Below, one piece after another: positions 44,433 to 56,402 of a stretch of DNA of 64,000 nucleotides (its first letter is position 1; each line of letters begins with the position of its first letter). The DNA comes from Naegleria gruberi. Lineage: Eukaryota. The stretch is taken from assembly GCA_000004985.1 (NCBI GenBank), contig GG738847.1. One strand, written 5' to 3'. The notes below the pieces were generated by a model. The model was not told the origin of the DNA and did not search any database. It saw nothing but the letters and a program-made list of their open reading frames with translations. The position numbers and the translations under genes were made by a program.

Positions 44433-44717
44433 TTTTTTTAATTGAAGTTTTTTAATTGATTAGATAATTGATTTGAGAATCCATTGAATAGAGAGGCCAG
44501 TTGGAGCCTTAGTTTATTGTAATAAAATTGATTGAGTAATTTTATCATGTTGTGGTTCAATTTAGTAACGTCTTTTAACATGAGCCCAAAAACAAAGCAT
44601 TAATTTTTCAATCATTTTAGATTTTGAAATTAAAGCATTTCGAAGAATGGTATCTTCTTACAGAATCAAAAATTATCACACAAATGAGAAACTTGAATGA
44701 TGATTGAGATTTTCTCT

Positions 44718-47700
44718 TTAGTGATATCTATCAGATTCTTGTGATTGTTGAGTAAGCAATCTTTCATCTTGGGTAGTGAAAGAGGCAGCAGGAGGGTTCA
44801 TAGATGGATTGTATCCACTTGGGAATAATGGATAAATTTGTTGACCAACATTAGCTGCTCCAGCCTAAAATAAGGTGTTAGATTTACAAAATTCAATATC
44901 AAAATTACTTACATAGGATGTAACAGGAATGAGAGGATTCATAGCAGAAGCCATTTGCATAGAGGCCATTGAAGAAGCAGGGTCAAGCAATGGAATAGAG
45001 GAAGTCAAACCATAACCAATGCCATATCTGTGGTTGGTGAACTTCTTTGGTTTTTGCAACTTGACATTACTAATCTTCAAGTGAGACAAAGCACCTTCAA
45101 CAATAAAGTTCTTTTGCATGTAATTATCATTCTTAAAGTGGTGCAATAATAAATTCCACAATGGTTGCTTAGATAATACCTTAGCATTACCAATAATAAT
45201 AAGTCCACATCTAGCACGAGTGAGAGCAACATTCAAACGTCTTGGATCATTCAAGAAACCAATACCTTGGTGATCGTTAGATCTGACACAAGACAAGATA
45301 ATGAAATCCTTTTCTCTACCTTGGAAAGAGTCAACACTGGCAACTTCAATTTCCTTGTAAAGATCAGCATCAGCAGTACCAGCTCTTTGCATATGACTAA
45401 CACAGAAAGCTCTTTGACCTTCATAAGGAGTGACAACACCGAGTTGTTGAGGTCTAACACCAGCCTTTAGCATCTTAGTAACAATCTTTTCTACAATTTC
45501 AGCTTCAGTTCTATTCAAGAATGAAGTACCACTAGCACTGTATTCTTCTTGACTAACAGAATTGTAGAAGAACATTGGAGCATCTGGATGAGGCCATGGG
45601 AAGTCAAGGTGAATTAATCTGTCTTCCTTCTTTACACCATTTTGAAGAGTACCTTCATAGAAAGTATTAGATGGGAATTCTGACAAACATGGATGCATTC
45701 TGTATTGAACTTGGAGACGCATTGGTCTAATACCCAACATGACAAGACGTTCAAATAATGATCTTGACAAGCCAGCACGAGCTGCCTTTTTACACATAAT
45801 AACTGGACCCAATTGACAGTGGTCACCAACGAGAACAACTTGTTTGGCACCCTTAACGATAGGAATTAAACATTCTGGTTCAGTAGCTTGTGTAGATTCG
45901 TCAATGAGGACATATTTAAATTTGAATTCTCTCAATCTGACATCACCTGCACCAACACAAGTGCAACAAATTACATCAGCTGCCTTCAAAATATCTCTTT
46001 CAGTGGATCTCTTCAATATCTTTAAACGTTTCTCTTCAGCAACAGATAATTCTCCATCATCTTCCTTCTTTTGTTGGAGTCTTTGATATTCTTCCTTTTC
46101 CTTAGTCTTATAGAGACGTAATTGATAGTGCAATGTAAGGAAATCAACAGGAGAATTAACAGCTTCTCTGCTTCTGGCACACAATCTTACAACCTTCAAA
46201 CCTGTAGCATGGATCTTTTCAGCTAATTGATCTACAGCAACATTAGAAGGTGCACAAACAAGAACTCTATGTTTGTGCTTGTCAACTAGGTGATAGACAA
46301 TAGAAGCACTGGTAACTGTTTTACCTGTACCAGGTGGACCTTGAATGAGGGAAAGTGGTCTTTGCAAGGCATTCTTAACAGCTTGAATTTGGAAATGATT
46401 GAGTTCTGGAAGTCCAGGAGCAGAATATTTCTTTGGTAAATTAACCTTGAGAACAACTTCCTTTGTAGATTGATTTGGATGTCCAAGCATTTTGTGATAA
46501 AGATAGCTGCTAATACAATTTTCATCAATAGCAAAAGTTCTCATTGCATTTTGCATTCTTTCAAAAGATGTTGGTTTCCAAACAAAATCAACACTAAAAC
46601 CAGTGTTAAAATTAATTGGAGCAGTCTTCTTTTTCAATTCCAAAACAACTTCTTCTTCTTGATTGAATTTGATAACATGACCAATGCCTTCCCAATTAGA
46701 ACCATCTCTTATGTAACGAAGTCTGAGTTCATCACCAGGAACAAGACGTAATTCATTATCATCACGAGTGAAATAAAAGTAAGCCAATAATCTGTGACTA
46801 CTTGTAGTTTCCCAGTGGACTGCAATATTATCCTTAGTTTGGGATTCTTTCATTCTCTTGTCATATTGGGCCTCCAATTGAATGAGAGGGCTAAAAACAG
46901 ATTGATAATGGTATGCATCTTCGTAGAAGAATTGAACAGGAAGAGGATCATCATCAATACCTGGTTTTTCCAAATCATCAATTGAAGCATCAGTATTGCT
47001 TTTCCACAATTCTTCCAATTTGTTAATTTGTTGGGTGGTAACCTTTCTTCCTCTGTTCTTTTCTTCATCAGGTTCTTTGACAAGCCAAGGTAATAATTGA
47101 CGATCTTGAATTAATGGTAACCATGAATCAACATCCCAATCCATTCCTTTCAAGCTATTATCATGCAAGCAAGGTTCTCTGCACAAAAGAACAACTACAG
47201 AATCATTCTTTGCAGGAATAAAACCCAACAAGAAGACATTTCTACATCCACAATTATAACATTCAAGAACAGTATCTCCCAAGTTAGATTCAGGATGTAA
47301 GCTAACTTCCTTGTGTTTTGATTTTACCAAGTGATGAACAATGTGAGAACCATTTGAACCACCTCTACCATTGCAAAACCACTTTTGGCAAATATTACAT
47401 TTAACAACACAAGCAGGATCATGAATTGTACAATACTTGCAAGCATGTTCCGGAAGCTTCTTTTCTAAAACTTCTTCATCCTCTTCATCAAAATTAAGAG
47501 GAGTAGCATACTTGTCAATAAATGAGGTCAAATCATGAGTTTCTTTCTTTTTCTTCTTTTTAGTAAGAGAGGAAGAGCTAGTACTTGATTTAATACCCGA
47601 ACTTGATTGTAATGAATGTTGAGAGAAGGTACTTGGTTGAGTACTTTGTTGAGTATTTAGGAAATCTTGGGAATAAAGTTGAGATTGTGTTGTTGGTTGG

Positions 47701-47966
47701 AATTGACTACTTTGTTGAGTATTTAATTCCTCTACATATTCAAAATTATTATTTCCGTTACTACTAGAATCTTCTGATGAATCGCTTTGGTCATCATTCA
47801 AACCTTCATCATATTCATCATCATCTTCCCCAATAAAATTGGAAGTAACAAATTGGTTTGATTGTGAAGGTTCATTCTCTGGATAGTCATCATCTCCATC
47901 CTCTTGGAATTGGTAGGTGATTACGTTTTGTGAAGAGCCCTCTCCATCACCGTAAAAACCATTCAT
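44718..47966 (-). CDS. UPF1: ATP-dependent RNA helicase UPF1 (nonsense-mediated decay), 2 exons: join(47966..44913, 44864..44718), about 1066 aa
   Basis: CH zinc-knuckle domain ([24 protein letters not shown]...[11 protein letters not shown]...CYNCGCRN), SF1 helicase motifs [64 protein letters not shown]-track tail '[15 protein letters not shown]' is intron read-through; downstream exon gives S/Q-containing C-terminus ...[12 protein letters not shown]. Confidence 0.9.
44865..44912 (-). other. Spliceosomal intron of UPF1 (48 nt, GTAAGT...aatCTAACacc...TAG, phase 0)
   Basis: Donor TCC TAT|GTAAGT; branch-like CTAAC; first AG downstream used; downstream frame continues to a TAA stop. Confidence 0.75.
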
Positions 47967-48137
47967 TTTTTTTAAAGCTATTTTAAATTTTTATTTTAAT
48001 TTTATTGTATTAGCAATTATTTGCATGATACATTTGCCTTTATTGATGAAGATATCACACTTTGATAACAATATTTGTCACCTAAGATCATTTACAAAAG
48101 TTAATTCATTAATTTAAACTTAATTTATGTGATTAAT

Positions 48138-51100
48138 TTATTCATCTTTTCTTGGTGAGGTTTCTTCAACTTCCAAATCTCCTTCTTCATCTGAAACGGC
48201 TCCTCCTTCAGAGTTTTGGTCATCTTCAAATCCACCCTCATTTCTCAATACATTTTCTCTAACAATTTCCATTAGATCCTCTTTAGATAAGAGACCTCTT
48301 TCGTGGTGATGATCTTTCAAAAGGTAGGTTGAACACATACCCTTTCCTTTCACATCCAAGTTTCGTTCTTCAAATTCTAGACCCAAATCGTGTACTCTTT
48401 CATAGGAAGGTCTTGATAATTGGATACGACCTGGTTTTGAATTTGATTCCATTCTCGAGGCTGTATTAATAGTATCACCCCAGAAATCATAGGCAAACTT
48501 TTTAGTACCAATTACACCTGCAATAACAGGTCCTGTATTGACACCAATTCTGATATTAATTTGAGGAGTGCTTTCAATATCATTGACATTCATACAGTTT
48601 GCAAAGAGTCCCTTATTGTAATTACGAATAACAGTGAGAGTGTCAATACTGAACCGAAGCATTCTTTCAGGGTGATCTGATTGAGAATTTCCGTGAATAC
48701 CACCAACACAAAAGTATGCATCACCAATTGTTTTGACCTTCTCCAAGTGATACTTGTCAGTTAATGCATCAAATTCATTCACAATTGCATTCAGCATCAA
48801 AACTAATTCATTGGCTTGCATGTTACTTGAAATTCTTGTAAATCCAACCATATCAGAGAAAAATACTGAAACATCATTAAACTTTTCAGCAATAAATGTT
48901 TCACCTGTTTTTAACCTCGCAGCAACAGCATCTAAAAATGTTAAATTATAAATAAAATAATTAATATAAACATACCAGGCATAATATTTCTTAATAAGGC
49001 TTCAGATTTCTTCTTTTCTTCAGCAAGAAGGGCATTTTGCTTCTTTTCAGGGGTAATATCCTTAATGAAACAGGAAATAACTGGCTTTCCATTGAATGAT
49101 GTAACAAAAATATTGAGCTTGGATGAGAAGGACGACCCATTCTTTCTCATACACTCAACTTCAATAGTTTCTCCTTTTTGAGCAGCAGAGTTTGTACTAA
49201 GGAGGAAATCGACTGATTTGGCAACTTTCTTTCCCTCGCTTGCATCAAACAAAGAATATAGAGATGCACCAGCAACTTCATTTGCTTGAACACCAAACAT
49301 TCTCTGAGCAGATGGATTGATATACTCGAGACTAAAGTCATCGTTTGATTGCTTACAGAGACAAACACCATCAACAGCCGAGTCGAGAATACCAGTCAAC
49401 TTTGAAGTTGAATCATCCGTAACCTTCTTCTTTGAGAATCTATTGACAGCGTTTGGTAATTGGTGATTAAGGACAAATGATTTGAGTTCATGTGAGGATT
49501 CAATTTGATCTTCTGGAATGTAGTTCAACATCATTCTTAATTGCTTTTGATTACTTTCATAATTAAGAACTGTATTGTGAATCAAGTAGGCAAGTATAAT
49601 TGTAGATACAGCAGCAAATACTGTATAAATTAATATTAAGGTCAAATCATAAACAGTATTTGCAATGATAAGTTCACAAATTTGAACAAGATACAATGTA
49701 ATACTCTGAGTTTTTCTTGTAAGAGTGACCAAATTGGAAAATGATACTGGCTCTGTATAGATCTTTAGGTAATCGTTAAACCTTTTCATATTAACCATGT
49801 GAGCTGATACATCAGCAGACAAACCAACATAATCCACACATGAAGTAACATTTGTTAAAACAGATTCTGAACAATTAGTTCCCTTCAATATAGCATCTAC
49901 TTCAGGGTAGACTCCAACTAATGGATCAACACCTTGTGATGTATCACCATAGAATAAACTGTTCCAGCTACTGTAAAATGAGGGATATAAGTTATCCACC
50001 AATTTTGAAATTCCTACAACTTCATCTTGGCTTAGTAAATGTGAGGGTGTTATGGACATATTGTACTTGGAGAAGGTGGTGTAGAGGAATGTTTCTCTAA
50101 TAGAAAATTCCATAAGTTGCAATGTGCTCATTAAGCTAATTCCATCTCTGATGCTATACATATTTTGAAGAATGGTGTTTGCTTGATTCTTCAAATCTAG
50201 GAAAGCAACCACTAAAGCTATACAGCAAATAACTGTCAATATTATGGAAGAGGCAGAAACAATGTACTTTGGATTGGAAAATTTGGAGGGCAAACTTCCC
50301 AAGCCGTCATCATCAACTTTCTTTGACAAGTCATGGAATACCTTACCAGAAATATCTTTTGGAATGACTTTTGAATACATTCTGATAGCCCTCTCCAATA
50401 ATCCCAACCTAATAAAGGAAAATATGAAAAATAGAACACACAATGAAAAATATGTTGCTATGGCTACAGCAAAGTATTTCAAGAACAGATCTTGACTTCC
50501 AACTGATGCAGTACCCACACTAGTAATGAGAGTACTACAGAAAGTCTGGTAAGCAGTGGATGCAGTCAATCCATTGAGCCATAAAAACATGAATGAGAAT
50601 GTACTAGTTTCAGTAAGTAAATAATTCTTTTTTTCCCATTGTCTATCAAAATTTTCAAGTTCTGCATTCGTGATATCAATAATAGATGAATTTACAACAG
50701 TAGGAACAATAAAGAGAGTAGTATTTTCCTGTAGCTTTGGATAGATCAAATGGTGGGCAGGTTTGGAAAACTCTGTGTAAATTTGCTTTGTTAGGTCTTC
50801 TTGGAGTACTGTTGATCTCATGTTGGCGAGAATTTGTCTTGATTCTAGCCAAAAGTTTGTAGTTTTTGTTATGTCAACAGCTGCACCAGGATCATCTCTT
50901 GCAAAATACATTTGTCTCATTCTCAACTTGTTCAATCCATTCAAAACTGCTACGGCTGGTAAGCAAACAGTATCAACCAGAGGAACATAAGCAATAGTAT
51001 TTCCAACAAGTTGTGTTTCCAAGACGATACTTGAAACCAACAAACCTAATCCAATTACAATTAATATGACATAGAATACTTTCAATATAAGGTTAGAGGT

Positions 51101-53218
51101 TGGATTGGAAAGGGCGATGTTAATCATTGAATTCTTCTTTTTCACATCATCGATGGCAGTTCCTAACATATTTTCAATATCTTCAAGAGTTTCCTCAGCT
51201 CCCAAGTCTCTCTGGAACTGATCATGGCTCATTGAGATTGAACTTCTAGAACCAGTTACAGACATATTATTAGGTAAAGGAACAATTTTGTTTTTGGAAG
51301 CTCTGATACCAGCATTGTCTAGTTTACGAGCAATTTTAGCTTTGCGTCTACCTTCATCCTCCTCAATAATTGATGCCTCTGCAAAGAGCTCTTCTGCCTG
51401 ATCCTTGTTGAAACAAAGTTCTTCCAAGAATTTGCCATACATTCTCAAGAGATTCTTGTCATTCTTTCCTGAACTAGTACTGAGAAGGTTGACAAATATT
51501 TCATTACTTTTTTCGGTAAGTTCAGCAATACATCTATTGATGGTTTCAATCTTGATGAGATCTGTATTTTGAGCAATCAATTCTTTCCAAAATTGTTTGT
51601 GTAAAGCATATAGCCTCTTTTGTTGTTTTTCAAGTTTTTCAATGATATTCTTGTGTTCTGCTTTTACTATTGACTCAGAGTCTTTGGTATTGGCAGAGTC
51701 AAGGTCCTTTAATCTCTGTCTTAATTTCAATCTAGTAATAATATTTGGTCTTTGTTTCAATCCTCTTGTCAATAGTATGTTTGCGTAAGTGGTATTATTT
51801 GGTTGACCTTGGCAATAGTATGAATAGATCATTGAACATAACATTAATAATGGTGGATTGACAAACATCTTATTTGCTGAAATTCCTTTTGTAAATGAAA
51901 TTGCTAAAGTAATATCATCATATTCATCTGCCTTTCTCTTTGATTTGAAGGCAAATCTAAGGAACATGGTCAATTTTCTTAGATCATTATTGGACTCAAA
52001 GTATTGCATCAATGAAACAGCTTCCTTCTCCATGGCATCCATTTCATCATGATGAGCATGTTCGTCGTTGTTCATTCTGGCATAGAAATTACTTCTGACA
52101 GTATGGCAAATTACTCTTGTATAAATTTCCATTATAACAAAGCCAATAACAAAGCAAATCAAAATAAGTGCTAGACAAACACCACTCATTCCTAGTCCCA
52201 AATCCCAAGCTGATGTTGTATTGACAGAGGAACTGATAATTGCACCCAAGCTGGATCCAACTCTAGCAAATGCAATACCTGCAAAGATTGAGTTGTTTAC
52301 TCTGCTAAAGAATGGTGTCTCAATAAATAAGATGGGAACATAAAGTGCGGAAAACACCAAATGGAAAGCAGCTCTAACATACATTAAACTAGATGGAATA
52401 AAGTAAGGGATTACCAATTGAATAGTGTTTGAAACAATGAGTGGTACCTTATAGAAAGTGCTATCGGCAGTGAATAAAATTGAACTCAATGGATTGCATT
52501 CATTGGATGTCAAGACACTGAATGAAGTGATACCACAGATTACCAACATATTCAACAAGCCGAATACCAAAAAAATAATGTTCATCGTTCCGTAACACTT
52601 CTCTGTACTGTATCTTGTGAGTGTTCTGAATACTTGTGCATGGTCAACCATCAAGTTGTCACTACAGTCTGCAAAACTAGATATTACAAATGAGGCGAAC
52701 ATACTAGTGTAGAGCACTACTTTAGCCCACACAATGATAACTGGCCTAATCTTTTCTGTTGATGGGCTGGCATTTTCAATTGCCTTCCTTGCAAACATGA
52801 AATAATAACCAAAAAAAAGTACATTTAGAACCAAACTAGCAAACATAATCACTACTGCAGCAATATATGGCAATCTGAAAACTGCTAATGTGATAGGATA
52901 GTTCAAAATTTCAAATATCCATGCACCGTATTCTCCCCAATTATAGTTTCCTATTGTTGGAATAAGTATGGAACAATAAATGAGGTAAACATTGAGAACA
53001 GCATCCAATAGAAATGATTTCCACCCTTTCGTTTGTCTTCTGTCTTGAAGGGAAATTAAAGCATCAGTTAGTGTTGTAAAGACTGAATTGAAAGCTGACT
53101 TCTTCTCTTGCTCAATTGCTGTTAATGATGTTGAGGCAGAGGACTCAATTAGTGACCTAGCACCCTTTCCAACCTCACTTCTGGGACCTTTCTTCATCGC
53201 TAGAACAGACTGATTCAT
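48138..53218 (-). CDS. Membrane-embedded sensor adenylyl (class III nucleotidyl) cyclase: about 1,150-aa polytopic N-terminal region, 2-TM-flanked sensor loop, PAS domain, single cyclase catalytic domain; 2 exons: join(53218..48976, 48931..48138), about 1678 aa
   Basis: More than 12 predicted TM helices; PAS-like LTGILDSAVDGVCLCKQSNDDFSLEYINPSAQRMFGV...; cyclase domain spans the intron: ...LLRNIMP|D AVAARLKTGETFIAEKFNDVSVFFSDMVGFT...KVKTIGDAYFCVGG...IRIGVNTGPVIAGVIG...YDFWGDTINTASRMES; both metal-binding Asp present, Lys/Asp specificity pair suggests ATP. Confidence 0.85.
48932..48975 (-). other. Spliceosomal intron of the cyclase gene (44 nt, GTATGT...TTTAAC...TAG, phase 1) located at the N-terminal boundary of the cyclase domain
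   Basis: Exon 1 ends CCT G|GTATGT; exon 2 begins AT GCT GTT..., giving P-D-AVAARLK... and restoring the canonical cyclase N-terminal motif; ORF-track tail GMFILIILFII is intron read-through. Confidence 0.8.
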
Positions 53219-53301
53219 GCTTTTTTTTATGTAGTTGTTTTTATGAGATATAAGATATCATTTGATGGGAGTTAAAATAATTGACTACAAACATTAGAGC
53301 A

Positions 53302-56301
53302 CTAATGAAAAGATTCATTAAAGTTGTCAAGAAGAAATGTCTTAATCTCTTGCAATGTTCTGTCCGAAAAGTTAAAGTTGTAAAATTTAGAAAGAGCAGA
53401 ATGAATTTTGGCGCGTCTTTGGCTGTCAGCAACTTCTTTCGTTGATGGCTCCAATATTTGTAATTGCGTTGTATTCATCAATTGTTTGATCTCTTCAGCT
53501 TTGCTTTCGGCCACTCTTATCACATCAATCGGGAAATCAGCAAGTTTAGCAACTTCAATACCAAAGCTATTACTGTTTTCTGTAATGGCTTCTTCGTTAT
53601 CTGTTACTATTTGATATAACATGACAAGCCTATTGTCAATAATCCTATCAAACATTAATGGCCAATATTCAAAATAGTACTTACTTTGAATCCATTCTTT
53701 CATTACAAATTGCTGGGAACTTCTCAATTAAAGCTCTCAATTCGTGGAAGTGAGTTGCAAACAAAGTGAAAGCATTTGTGCTGTCCATTAGGTGTTCAAT
53801 GATTGCATAAGCAAGACCAAAACCGTCATAAGTCTATTTCAATAATATATTAAAAAGGTAAATAAAGAAAGAGATTTTCTATCAATACCTACCGATGTTC
53901 CTCTTCCCAACTCATCTACAATAATAAGAGATTTAGAAGTAGCTGTTGACAGGAGTGCAGCAGTTTCTAACATTTCAGCCATGAATGTACTAATGCCTCT
54001 TTGAGTAGAATCTGATGCACCAACTCTGGAAAGAATTGCATCTCTTACAGTGACGATACTACCCTCTCTTGCAGGGATAAAACAACCAATTTGAGCCATA
54101 ATCACATTGATTGCCACTTGTCTGATAAATGTAGATTTACCTCCCATGTTTGGACCAGTTATTAAATGTAATTGATGTTGTGAGCGATCTAAGATGCATG
54201 TATTCTCCTTAAAGTCTACAGAATCCTGAATCTCTACAACAGGATGTCTACAATCGTAAAGAATAATTTCTTCTTCTTCATAATCTATTGGTCTTATGAT
54301 AGGTCTAGTGTATGGAATGGCAGCATTTACAGAAACAGATGCAAAAGAGATGAAAATATCAATACTTGCCAAGGTTTCTCTGAGTTGTGTAAATGCAGGT
54401 GCAAAAGTTGTTACAACTTCTCTTATTTTTTGGAGAGTCTCTTGAGATTTGCTTTCATATTGCTCAAGAATGTCAATATATGATTTGGCTAGTTCCTTCA
54501 ATGTATCATTAGTAAACTTGACATCTGATTTAGACTGTGGACCTATTAAAGTATAATTTGTTGCACCGGTCAAAGCATTTGCCTGTGCCTTTTTAACTTT
54601 GAAACAAACACTCTTTTTTGTCATTTCTAAAAACAACTCATTAACATTCAAATCATTTTCAACTGATTTACATTCTTCATCACATTGTGAAATAATTTCA
54701 TTGAGATCATTCATCAATTTTTCTAGTTCTGCATCAATTTTACAATTAATTCTGTATTCATGTTTCTCGGTTGCCTCCATATCTATAATACTGATGACCA
54801 TTTGCAAAAAACTTTGTAGATCAGCATAATTAGAATCTAAATGCACCATCAAGTCCATATACAAGTTGTCTTTTACAAATGATTTTTCATTCCTGACTCT
54901 GTTCATAACTTCTTTCACGGCAGGAACTTGCTGTACACAAATATATAATTTTACAATATCTTCTATAGTAACTCTCTGCTTTACAACCCTGATTAAAATC
55001 TTATCAAGATCAGGAACCTTTTTAAGAAGCTCCTTGATTTCTTCTCTTAATTCGTTTTCTTCAGCGAATATTTGAACCATGTCTAATCTTTTCTCGATTT
55101 CTGAATGACTTGTTAGAGGTTGTCTAATCCATTCTCTCAATAATCTCGCTCCAGGTCTAGTTACACATTGGTTTAATAAACCAAACAGAGAAGTATTCTT
55201 GGATCTATCGTTTGGTGGTGGTAAGATGTTCAATGAAGAGACACAAGTACTATCTAACTTCATGAATAAGGATATTTGTTGGGATTTTGTTTTGTAGTGT
55301 GAATAATTATTAATATCATCCAATAATTCTAAATAATCTAAAAGGGCCTGAGTAGAATTTGCAACATGTTCTTCATTAAATTCTAAATTCATAACTCTTT
55401 CTTCACCAGTTAATCTACAAATGTCAGCCTCCAAAGTACTTTTCTTTACAAAATCTGATTTTTTACGTTCAGTTTCTAGAATGTTACTTCTTCTGAGAAC
55501 GTCCTTAAGTCTTTCAGAGTCAGGATCATTCTTTTGATAAAATACGAGAGCTTCCTTTGTTTCAATTTGAGAAAGAGTAGAATCCAAGTTTGCCAACTGA
55601 TCACTATCGGTGAATGAACAGAATCCAATAGTTCTAAGTGTAGTATCAGCGAATGCCAGGCCTATCTTTCTCTCATTTAATTCCTTCTTGATATAGATGG
55701 CACACACCACACCTGTTTGAGAATCATTTTCCAGAAGCTCCTCGAATTCTTGTAAATTACCTGGAGAAGCAGATTTTAAACATTCATATTTATCTTCACT
55801 CCAAATTTCCACTCTCTTTCCGTGATTCAATAATAAACCTCTGACATATTGATGGAAGTGTGACTGCTTCAATGTAATGAAAGGAAGCCCATTATATTTT
55901 TTACCATCTTCTGTTTTATAAGGATTAGTACGATCAATAACACCTTTGTGTGTAAAAAGTTTAAAGTATCCTGTTTTACAAAAGTGTCTATCAATAAACC
56001 ATGCATCATGACCATGAACGTCATAAGTAAATTGCGATTCAGGATCATCTGCTTTGGCATCCCTTTTTTTTCTTTGAATAAAGACAATAGTATTTTTCTT
56101 TGCTTCATTGGTCTCTATCTTCAAATACATGTCAACAAATTTTTGGTTTTCTGTTGTGACTACTTTTGTTTCATCCTCTAATTGTGGTGTTGTTGATTCA
56201 TCGTCACTATCTTCCTTTTTCTTTTTACTTTTACTACTAGAAGCCGATGATGCTTTCCGCTTGGTTCCTGTTGTGGTTGTTGATTTTTTGCGTGGAGGCA
56301 T
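53302..56301 (-). CDS. MSH2: DNA mismatch repair protein MSH2 (MutS homolog 2), 3 exons: join(56301..53893, 53833..53685, 53644..53302), about 966 aa
   Basis: N-terminal mismatch/connector region [14 protein letters not shown]...[34 protein letters not shown]; Walker [41 protein letters not shown]...FATHFHEL across intron 1; C-terminus [11 protein letters not shown]...[27 protein letters not shown] matches the MSH2 C-terminal helix-turn-helix region. Confidence 0.9.
53645..53684 (-). other. MSH2 intron 2 (40 nt, GTAAGT...CATTAAT...GATAG, phase 2)
   Basis: Exon 2 frame hits TAA immediately after donor; splicing joins ...NERMDSK to [11 protein letters not shown]... in frame. Confidence 0.75.
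53834..53892 (-). other. MSH2 intron 1 (59 nt, GTAGGT...TTTTAAT...ATAG, phase 0) splitting the conserved [12 protein letters not shown] motif
   Basis: Read-through gives premature stop (…[18 protein letters not shown]); spliced product restores the universally conserved MutS motif. Confidence 0.85.
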
Positions 56302-56402
56302 TTTTTAAATTTTTAACTTCTAGAATTTGGAAGAATGAAAATTTTGGCGCCGTTTGTGAAATATTATTAGTTTGTTGAAACAAGCTGAAAGAGAAACTTT
56401 AT

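Noticed and set aside
48838-48841. Apparent 1-nt offset between my manual base indexing and the ORF-track coordinates near 48840
   Set aside because: Most likely my counting error. All reported coordinates were re-derived by codon counting from ORF-track start/stop anchors rather than from line positions, and I allow 1-2 nt uncertainty on splice sites.
34815-56308. Numerous 60-90-aa ORFs antisense to or overlapping large genes (e.g. 34815-35051, 35369-35638, 45251-45460, 46286-46534, 49147-49374, 50242-50495, 54244-54483, 55869-56181, 57481-57943, 58239-58499, 60997-61233)
   Set aside because: These are shadow ORFs inside strongly supported long CDSs on the other strand or in another frame. 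They have low-complexity translations and no motifs. Many use non-ATG 'M' starts from the ORF track.
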